Shown in pieces: positions 33,939 through 40,316 of a DNA stretch of 40,316 nt (position 1 is the first letter of the stretch; each line of letters starts with the position of its first letter). The position numbers were made by a program, and so were the translations under genes. The stretch lies in the NCBI GenBank assembly GCA_018695965.1, contig JABHQB010000036.1, forward strand, positions 1 to 40,316, written 5' to 3'. Below the pieces are notes generated by a model that worked only from the letters and a program-made list of their open reading frames with translations, was not told where the DNA came from and ran no database searches. The stretch is from Flavobacteriales bacterium. Lineage in GTDB: Bacteria; Bacteroidota; Bacteroidia; Flavobacteriales; BACL11.

Positions 33939-34988
33939 ATGAACTTAGAAGAACGAATAGATGCTTTTGTACAATTAGGAAAATTTCTTTCAGGACTTTC
34001 AGAAGAATCACCAGCTTTTATGGGAAAGGAATTAGAAAAATTAAAAAGTAAAATTGAGGAGTGTGAGATTAGAAATAATTGGTTTACAGAGGACAGTATT
34101 AATAACTCCTTATTATCTTTATCTAATCAATTAAGCTCAGATAATTTTAACGCATGGATTACTCCTTATAATTTATCAAATTCAGGAGAGGGTAAAAGAG
34201 TCCTACTTGTTATGGCGGGAAATATTCCTTTGGTTGGTTTTCACGATTTTTTGTCGGTAATAGTAAGCGGAAATAAGGCGGTTGTAAAACTATCCTCAAA
34301 CGATAATATATTATTTCCTTATTTATGGGAAGTACTTTGTGAAATAAATCCTAATTTCTCTAACAAACTAGAATATATTGAAAATTTAAAAGAAAAGAAA
34401 TTTGACGCAGTAATTGCAACTGGTTCTGATAATTCATCAAAATATTTTGAGTATTATTTTAAGAATATCAGAAGGATAATTCGTAAGAACAGGAGGTCGG
34501 TAGCGGTGCTGAATGGAAAAGAAACAGATAAAGAGATGAAAGGACTTGCTTCAGATATTTTTCTTTATTTCGGATTGGGTTGCAGGAATGTATCAAAAGT
34601 ATTTTTACCAAAAGGGTATAACTTAAATAAATTATTTGAAGTGTTTTTCCCTTTTCAAGATATTGTTAACCATAAGAAATACGGGAATAATTACGATTAT
34701 AATAAATCAATATTCCTAATGGGAAATAATAAGTTAGTGGAAAACGGATTTCTACTAATGAAAGAAGATGAATCTTTACAATCTCCTGTGTCTATGTTGT
34801 TTTATGAGTTTTATGACGATTTAGAGAAGGTAAAGGACTATATTGATGAAAATGCAGATTTGTTACAATGTGTAGTGTCTAAAGAAGATGTAGTAAAAAA
34901 GAACACTCATTTTGGAGAAACCCAAAATCCACAGCTTTGGGATTATGCAGATAATGTAGATACTATTGAGTTTTTAACATCAATTTAA
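33939..34988 (+). CDS. LuxC-like acyl-CoA reductase family protein
   Basis: VLLVMAGNIPLVGFHDFLSVIVSGNKAVVKLSSND and FLYFGLGCRNVSKVF blocks, as in Bacteroidota proteins annotated acyl-CoA reductase (PF05893-like). Confidence 0.65.
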   Translation: MNLEERIDAFVQLGKFLSGLSEESPAFMGKELEKLKSKIEECEIRNNWFTEDSINNSLLSLSNQLSSDNFNAWITPYNLSNSGEGKRVLLVMAGNIPLVGFHDFLSVIVSGNKAVVKLSSNDNILFPYLWEVLCEINPNFSNKLEYIENLKEKKFDAVIATGSDNSSKYFEYYFKNIRRIIRKNRRSVAVLNGKETDKEMKGLASDIFLYFGLGCRNVSKVFLPKGYNLNKLFEVFFPFQDIVNHKKYGNNYDYNKSIFLMGNNKLVENGFLLMKEDESLQSPVSMLFYEFYDDLEKVKDYIDENADLLQCVVSKEDVVKKNTHFGETQNPQLWDYADNVDTIEFLTSI

Positions 34989-36451
34989 TTTATTCTTTTT
35001 AAAGCTCCTAAATCGGGTAGATTATCCCTCAAATTTCCTTCTAAGTCCAAAAATAGAACGGATTCCGATTGTGTAATATTAAAATCACCAGCAGAATTAC
35101 ATGCAGAGGTTTCTGATAAATGGAAATCAAATAGTTGTTTGCTTACAAATTCTGGATTTTTATTCTTTATAATATTGATATAATCAGAAGTTCCTGTATC
35201 TTCATTCGGATCAATTTTCAGAAGGCAATGGTCAAATGTGTAGTTGAAGTTACCAATAGAGTTTTCTTGAAAAGAGATTTCTGTAGATAAGTTTCCATCA
35301 ATAATACAATTTCCAAAATAAGCATTGTCTAAATCCCGAATATAAATATTTCCATCAGAACCTTCGTAATAATTATTCAATAGGATAGAAGGTGTATTTC
35401 TGTGGTCAAAGTTCCAATAGTTTGCAAATGTACAGTGTTTAAATGTGTAGTCTCCACCGATATTGCATACTACCGAATATTGTCCGCATTTAGTAATAAT
35501 AGTATTATTTACCTCTAGTTTTGCTCCTTGTCCTAAAATACCAATGGCAGACATGTTGTCTATCCTGCAATTATTTATTACAGCAGTAGGGGTATTGTTT
35601 CCTACTGTGTCGGCATGTATTGCAATTGTTCCATTTTGCAAATTGCAATAGTTAAACTCATTATTTACACTTCCAGGATATAACCAGATTCTGTCCCATT
35701 GTCCCGGCAAGGAATCGTACCAAGAATCTAATCTATCTCCTCTGAAAGTGACTTCATTTCCTAACGTTCCATTTACTCTTATGGTTCCTCCAGAAGAAGA
35801 GGAAAAAGGATTTCCTACAATAATCCCTGAGTTTTTATGAAGATACACCGTTGTTCCTTCGTTTATAGTGAGCTGACAATTAGGGTCAACAATAACGTAT
35901 CCGTAAATTACATGTGGTTTGTCATTGTTCCAAACTTCATTACATTCTAGTTGATGGTAGAAAAATCTAGAAGTATCTTCTCCATCTATAATATCTCCAT
36001 AAGTATTTGCAGTGTGAAAGTAAGCATCTTGTCCGTAAGCAATTAAATCAATGTTTTGTGTTTTATTACCGGTAGTAAAAATAATAGAATCAGATACCAA
36101 ATAAGGATTATTTGTGTTGTTTGGATTGATAATCACCTCTAAGAAAACAAACATACTGTCATGTGCAGAAATTTTTATATTTTGTATATTCTTTCCGCTT
36201 TCTCCATCTACATTAATCTTAAAATATGCTTCTGAATTACTTCCTAGTCTTACATTTGTTGTGATGTCATAATCATTATTGTTATACACCATAAGTTGTT
36301 TGGTTATAGATCCAACAGAACTGAAAATAGTATCAAATATTATGGTGTCATTTGAAAATTGTAAAGTAGCGCTTCCATCAGAAGGTAGGTTTTCTTTTTT
36401 ACAAGAATATGTGAAAATTATAAGTAAAATTGGGAGGATGTATTTTGTCAT
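34985..36451 (-). CDS. Lipoprotein with right-handed parallel beta-helix-like repeats
   Basis: Lipobox-like LIIFTYSC at Cys17. Repetitive N/G/I-rich turns (NNCRIDNMSAIGILGQGAKLEVNNTIITKCGQYSVVCNIGG). Its stop shares TTAA with the convergent gene. Confidence 0.5.
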   Translation of the reverse strand: MTKYILPILLIIFTYSCKKENLPSDGSATLQFSNDTIIFDTIFSSVGSITKQLMVYNNNDYDITTNVRLGSNSEAYFKINVDGESGKNIQNIKISAHDSMFVFLEVIINPNNTNNPYLVSDSIIFTTGNKTQNIDLIAYGQDAYFHTANTYGDIIDGEDTSRFFYHQLECNEVWNNDKPHVIYGYVIVDPNCQLTINEGTTVYLHKNSGIIVGNPFSSSSGGTIRVNGTLGNEVTFRGDRLDSWYDSLPGQWDRIWLYPGSVNNEFNYCNLQNGTIAIHADTVGNNTPTAVINNCRIDNMSAIGILGQGAKLEVNNTIITKCGQYSVVCNIGGDYTFKHCTFANYWNFDHRNTPSILLNNYYEGSDGNIYIRDLDNAYFGNCIIDGNLSTEISFQENSIGNFNYTFDHCLLKIDPNEDTGTSDYINIIKNKNPEFVSKQLFDFHLSETSACNSAGDFNITQSESVLFLDLEGNLRDNLPDLGALKRIN

Positions 36452-36907
36452 TTAAAAGTTTTTGCGGATTCTGTCCAAATCTCTTTTATTGTCTTTTTCT
36501 TTTAAGGATTCTCTTTTGTCGAATAATTTTTTTCCTTTTCCAACTGCAATTTCTACTTTCGCTTTTCCTTTATCGTTTACAAAAAGTCGTAAAGGAACTA
36601 TAGTGACTCCTTTTGTTTTTACTTTTCCATGAATTTTCTCTAATTCTTGTCGATTCAGAAGGAGTTTTCGTTCTCTTTTAGGGTCATGATTAGAATATCC
36701 TCTGTTGGAGTATTCAGAGATATGTAGGTTCTTTACCCATAACTCATCTTCAATAAAAACGCAATGCGAATCTGACATATTTACCTGTGAATTTCTGATA
36801 GATTTTATTTCCGTTCCTTTAAGCACTATTCCTGCAACGTATTTATCAATAAATTCGTATTCGTGAGAAGATTTTCTGTTCTTTATATTTATAAAATCTT
36901 TGGACAT
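36452..36907 (-). CDS. smpB: SsrA-binding protein
   Basis: NRKSSHEYEFIDKYVAGIVLKGTEIKS, the KRERKLLL block, and the basic tail typical of SmpB. 151 aa. Confidence 0.95.
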   Translation of the reverse strand: MSKDFINIKNRKSSHEYEFIDKYVAGIVLKGTEIKSIRNSQVNMSDSHCVFIEDELWVKNLHISEYSNRGYSNHDPKRERKLLLNRQELEKIHGKVKTKGVTIVPLRLFVNDKGKAKVEIAVGKGKKLFDKRESLKEKDNKRDLDRIRKNF

Positions 36908-36914
36908 AATGATG

Positions 36915-36922
36915 CAAAGATA
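36915..36922 (-). promoter_or_regulatory. -7 promoter box (TATCTTTG on minus strand) upstream of smpB
   Basis: Plus strand reads CAAAGATA. Only 7 nt separate it from the ATG at 36907. Confidence 0.4.
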
Positions 36923-36938
36923 ATAAAAAGAAGAGTGT

Positions 36939-37805
36939 TTATCCTAATGCTACATCTAAGCACATCATTACAATAAATCCGGCTATTAATCCCATCGTAG
37001 CTAAATCAGTATTGCCTCCTCTTTGACTTTCAGGTATCACTTCTTCTACTACAATAAATATCATAGCTCCTGCTGCAAATGCTAAAGCGTAAGGTAAAAT
37101 AGGTAAAACCGTCATTACTATTGCAGCTCCTATTACTGCAAATACAGGTTCTACTATAGCTGATAGTTGCCCCCATTTCCATGATTTCCATCTGCTTACA
37201 CCCATTCTTCTTAAGGGCATTGATACTGCAAACCCCTCTGGGAAATTCTGAATACCTATCCCTATAGCTAGCGCAATTGCTCCTCCTATTGTAAATGCTG
37301 AATGGCCATCCATTCCTAAAAGTTCAGGATTTGCAAGAGCTCCAAATGCAACACCAACAGCTAATCCTTCCGGTATATTGTGTAAAGCAATTGCTAATAC
37401 TAATAATATAGTTTTTCTCCAGTTGGTTTCTATACCTTCTGCTTCTTCTCTTTTTGCAAATATATGTAGGTGGGGGATAATTTTATCTAGTGTGTACAGG
37501 AATAAAGCTCCTAAGAAAAACCCAATTGCTGGGGGAAGCCATACTGGCATGTTGCTTAATCCCATTTCATTTTGCATTTCAACATAAGATATTGAAGGAG
37601 AAAGGAGAGACCAGAAGCTTGCTGCAATCATTACACCTCCAGTAAAACCAAGAGCGGCGTCTAAAACCTTACGATTTGATGAGTTGAATAGAAACACTAA
37701 TGCTGCACCAAATGCAGTTAATCCCCAAGTAAATAATCCCGCATATAATGCTTGCATGACAGGATGTTGCACTATGAACCATTTATAGATCTCTAAATTT
37801 TCCAT
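36939..37805 (-). CDS. ZIP-family divalent metal transporter (ZupT-like)
   Basis: Multiple TM helices. Paired signatures HNIPEGLAVG and QNFPEGFAVS. Confidence 0.9.
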   Translation of the reverse strand: MENLEIYKWFIVQHPVMQALYAGLFTWGLTAFGAALVFLFNSSNRKVLDAALGFTGGVMIAASFWSLLSPSISYVEMQNEMGLSNMPVWLPPAIGFFLGALFLYTLDKIIPHLHIFAKREEAEGIETNWRKTILLVLAIALHNIPEGLAVGVAFGALANPELLGMDGHSAFTIGGAIALAIGIGIQNFPEGFAVSMPLRRMGVSRWKSWKWGQLSAIVEPVFAVIGAAIVMTVLPILPYALAFAAGAMIFIVVEEVIPESQRGGNTDLATMGLIAGFIVMMCLDVALG

Positions 37806-37826
37806 TTGTTGTTTAATTAAATTTGA

Positions 37827-37834
37827 GCAAAAAT
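37827..37834 (-). promoter_or_regulatory. -7 promoter box (TATTTTTG on minus strand) upstream of the ZIP transporter gene
   Basis: Plus strand reads CAAAAATA. It lies 21 nt upstream of the ATG at 37805. Confidence 0.45.
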
Positions 37835-38170
37835 AGAATAATTTTTTTTAGACAAGCCTAAATTTCATTTAAATATTTAACTAATTTCCTTGTTAAGAAC
37901 AGGTTGATAAAATATTTATTTTATACCTCAAAATTTTGAATAAATAACTAAAAAGTATACATTTGTAAATAGAAATATATTTAAATTATATTAAATATCT
38001 ATATTATTATACTAAAAATATATAAATCAGTATAAATAACATATTACCAAGTATATATAATTATTTGGTAAAGTAATGATATAAGATAATTTGATATTAT
38101 TTTATATAAGATAGAGAATAATTTAGAAGTTAAAAAGACTTCTGTGGTTAACAAATGTAAATTATGAAAA

Positions 38171-38470
38171 ATGCATGAAAGAATAAAGAAATGGATAGAT
38201 AACAAGGGTTTAAAATCAAGTAGTTTTGCTGATGAGATTGGTGTGAATCGTGCAACTGTTTCACATATTTTATCTGGCAGAAATAAGCCTTCTGTTAATT
38301 TTATTGATAAAATGGTTCGATCTTTTCCGGATCTAAACGCAAATTGGTTAGTTATTGGAGATGGTTTTATGAGAAAATCTGATAATGTAAAAGAAGTTCT
38401 GAAATTAAGAAATATTAAGAAGATTGTAGTTTTCTATGATGATAACTCATTTGAAGAGTTAAAACCTTAA
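38171..38470 (+). CDS. Small XRE-type helix-turn-helix DNA-binding protein
   Basis: [49 protein letters not shown] is a classic HTH_3-like core. 99 aa. Confidence 0.75.
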   Translation: MHERIKKWIDNKGLKSSSFADEIGVNRATVSHILSGRNKPSVNFIDKMVRSFPDLNANWLVIGDGFMRKSDNVKEVLKLRNIKKIVVFYDDNSFEELKP

Positions 38471-38488
38471 ATAATCAGTACAATATTC

Positions 38489-38496
38489 TATTTTTG
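38489..38496 (+). promoter_or_regulatory. -7 promoter box (TATTTTTG) upstream of pyrD
   Basis: Perfect TAnnTTTG, 15 nt upstream of the ATG at 38512. It contains the TTG (38494) that the ORF track used as a start. Confidence 0.45.
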
Positions 38497-38511
38497 CATA
38501 AAACAATTCTG

Positions 38512-39540
38512 ATGTACAAACTTGTCCGATTTTTTCTTTTTCTTTTCAATCCAGAAAAAATACATCATTTTACTTTTTCACTACTTAAGATAGGATATAA
38601 GATTCCTTTTAAAGCTTGGAGTTGGAGAAAGATGTTTATCTTAAAAGATAGTAGATTAGAAAGAGAGGTTTTTGGAATACAATTTCCTAATCCGGTTGGA
38701 CTTGCAGCAGGTTTTGATAAAGACGCTAGATTAATTGACGAACTTTCTTGTTTTGGATTTGGATTTATTGAAATAGGAACTCTTACCCCAAAACCTCAAG
38801 ATGGTAATCCGAAACCTAGATTATTTCGTTTAAAAGAGGACAGTGGAATAATTAACAGAATGGGATTTAATAACTGTGGGGTAGAAGATGCAATTATAAG
38901 ATTGAAAAACAGAAAATCAGACATAATTATTGGTGGAAATATTGGTAAAAACAAACTCACTCCAAACGATAATGCTACTGATGATTATATTATTTCCTTT
39001 AACTCACTTTTTGATTATGTAGATTATTTTGTGGTGAATGTAAGTTCTCCAAATACTCCTGGTTTAAGAGACTTACAAGAAAAAGAACCTTTAACAAATC
39101 TTCTGAATTCTCTTCAGGATATAAATAATAACAAAGAAAAAAGAAAGGCAATACTTTTAAAGATTGCTCCTGATTTAACAAATGATCAGTTAGATGACAT
39201 TATTCAGATAGTAAAGGATACAAAAATTGATGGTGTTATAGCAACGAACACTACAATTAGTAGAAATGGTCTTAAAACAGATAAAACTAAGGTTGATTCT
39301 ATTGGAAATGGAGGATTGAGTGGAAAGCCAGTGAGTAAAAGATCGACAGAAGTAATAAAGTATTTATCAGAAAAATCTGATAAAGCATTTCCTATTATTG
39401 GGGTTGGAGGTATCCATTCTGAAGAAGACGCTTTAGAAAAACTAGACGCTGGAGCATCATTAATTCAGATATATACAGGATTTATTTATGAGGGACCTTC
39501 ACTTGTGAAAAGAATTAATAAAGCAATTCTTAAAAGATGA
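38512..39540 (+). CDS. pyrD: Dihydroorotate dehydrogenase (quinone), class 2
   Basis: N-terminal membrane-association helix. [43 protein letters not shown], and GGLSG-containing blocks. Start taken at ATG 38512. Confidence 0.9.
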   Translation: MYKLVRFFLFLFNPEKIHHFTFSLLKIGYKIPFKAWSWRKMFILKDSRLEREVFGIQFPNPVGLAAGFDKDARLIDELSCFGFGFIEIGTLTPKPQDGNPKPRLFRLKEDSGIINRMGFNNCGVEDAIIRLKNRKSDIIIGGNIGKNKLTPNDNATDDYIISFNSLFDYVDYFVVNVSSPNTPGLRDLQEKEPLTNLLNSLQDINNNKEKRKAILLKIAPDLTNDQLDDIIQIVKDTKIDGVIATNTTISRNGLKTDKTKVDSIGNGGLSGKPVSKRSTEVIKYLSEKSDKAFPIIGVGGIHSEEDALEKLDAGASLIQIYTGFIYEGPSLVKRINKAILKR

Positions 39541-40316
39541 AAATAATAGAATGTCCTAGAGATGCAATGCAGGGAATAAAAGAGTTTATTCCTACAAAAA
39601 AGAAGATAGATTACATTAATCAGTTATTAAAGGTAGGTTTTGATACTATTGATTTTGGTTCTTTTGTTTCTCCTAAGGTAATTCCTCAATTAAAAGACAC
39701 TGCTGAAGTTTTATCAGGATTAGATTTAAGTTCTAGCTCTAGTAAATTATTGTCAATCATTGCAAATATCAGAGGAGCGGAAGATGCATGTAATTTTGAT
39801 GAGATTAATTATTTAGGATTTCCACTTTCTGTTTCAGAAGAATTTCAGAAAAGAAATACTAATAAAAGTATAAATGAAGCGCTTAATACTGTTGAAGAAA
39901 TTCAGAATTTGTCAGTTAAAAACAATAAGGAGTTAGTGGTGTATTTATCCATGGCTTTTGGTAATCCTTATGGAGAGAACTATCATCCTGATATTGTTGC
40001 AGAACTGACTCATCAATTACACAAAATTGAAATTGAGATAATCGCTTTATCAGATACTATTGGAGTTTCAGAACCTGATAATATTGTGCCTTTATTTAGC
40101 ACTTTATCTACAGAGTATCCTAATATTGAAATTGGAGCTCATTTTCATACTACTATTGATAAATGGGAAGAAAAAGTAGATTCTGCTTATAAAAATGGAT
40201 GTAGAAGATTTGACTCTGCATTAAAAGGATATGGAGGATGTCCAATGGCGGATGATGATTTGACAGGAAACATGCCAACAGAAAAACTCATTAGCTATTT
40301 TACTGAAGGTTTAGGA
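39537..40316 (+). CDS. Hydroxymethylglutaryl-CoA lyase family protein, 3'-truncated by the window edge; not in the supplied ORF track
   Basis: Hand translation: [58 protein letters not shown]...SDTIGVSEP...IGAHFH...[18 protein letters not shown]. The frame stays open to base 40316. The ATG overlaps the pyrD TGA (ATGA). Confidence 0.85.
   Translation, partial: MKIIECPRDAMQGIKEFIPTKKKIDYINQLLKVGFDTIDFGSFVSPKVIPQLKDTAEVLSGLDLSSSSSKLLSIIANIRGAEDACNFDEINYLGFPLSVSEEFQKRNTNKSINEALNTVEEIQNLSVKNNKELVVYLSMAFGNPYGENYHPDIVAELTHQLHKIEIEIIALSDTIGVSEPDNIVPLFSTLSTEYPNIEIGAHFHTTIDKWEEKVDSAYKNGCRRFDSALKGYGGCPMADDDLTGNMPTEKLISYFTEGLG

Noticed and set aside
38078-38098. GATATA-A-GATAAT-TT-GATATT hexamers resembling a Fur/Zur box, possibly controlling the ZIP transporter.
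   Set aside because: They lie about 270 bp from the ZIP start, beyond its proximal -7 box. Hexamers of this composition are expected by chance in DNA this AT-rich. I kept them only as a detail of the intergenic-region finding.
37806-38170. The possibility that the long AT-rich region is a replication origin (oriC/DUE).
   Set aside because: I found only one near-match to a DnaA box (TGTGGTTAA at about 38144..38152, one mismatch to TGTGGATAA). There is no box cluster and no dnaA/dnaN nearby.
38494-38511. N-terminal extensions from non-ATG starts in the ORF track: TTG at 38494 for pyrD, TTG at 30144 for the GH109-like gene, GTG at 32371, the ATG at 30158 that adds 8 aa before a signal peptide, and TTG at 89 for pcm.
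   Set aside because: In each case, a downstream ATG gives a canonical N-terminus (a signal peptide or membrane helix) and the extension overlaps a perfect -7 box, or the frame is simply open further upstream (pcm).
1-40316. CRISPR arrays, rRNA/tRNA/tmRNA genes, toxin-antitoxin pairs or known defence modules.
   Set aside because: Apart from the single 32-nt pair inside a CDS, I saw no regularly spaced direct repeats. There are no GC-rich structured segments in the intergenic DNA. No Cas, restriction-modification, Abi or toxin-like proteins appear in any frame.

Overview
This is a 40.3-kb, visibly AT-rich and very tightly packed chromosomal segment. It is best explained as a Bacteroidota genome, probably a streamlined marine Flavobacteriia-type organism. 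Four things in the sequence support that: (1) no Shine-Dalgarno motifs upstream of starts; (2) many perfect TAnnTTTG -7 promoter boxes; (3) a canonical T9SS C-terminal sorting domain; (4) typical Bacteroidota families such as split transketolase, a GH109-like enzyme, DUF4294 and choice-of-anchor proteins.

Most genes are housekeeping: pcm, split tkt, ychF, parE/parC, a DEAD-box helicase, hutU, rnhB, smpB, a ZIP transporter, pyrD and HMG-CoA lyase. Six Sec-signal-bearing surface or secreted proteins are interspersed between 10.9 and 24.9 kb: an LVIVD propeller, an SGNH+PKD protein, a BNR propeller, an LRR protein, a 1192-aa S8 protease, and a choice-of-anchor-L/SprB-repeat protein.

I found no rRNA, tRNA, CRISPR array, transposase, integrase or obvious defence system, and I cannot honestly point to a clear-cut new multi-gene system. 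The strongest unexplained signal is a ~39-aa C-terminal tag shared by five otherwise unrelated secreted proteins. It looks like a half-length T9SS sorting domain, and it sits beside one protein with a full-length CTD.

Secondary signals:
- a ~125-aa module shared by two of the secreted proteins;
- an unlisted 53-aa Cys-rich CDS joined to hutU by an ATGA overlap;
- a membrane ORF wedged exactly between parE and parC;
- an anomalously long (365 bp) AT-rich, palindrome-bearing intergenic region upstream of a small HTH regulator.

Two CDSs absent from the ORF track were recovered by hand translation: 27665..27826 (-) and the 3'-open 39537..40316 (+). The pcm ORF was extended to the window edge.
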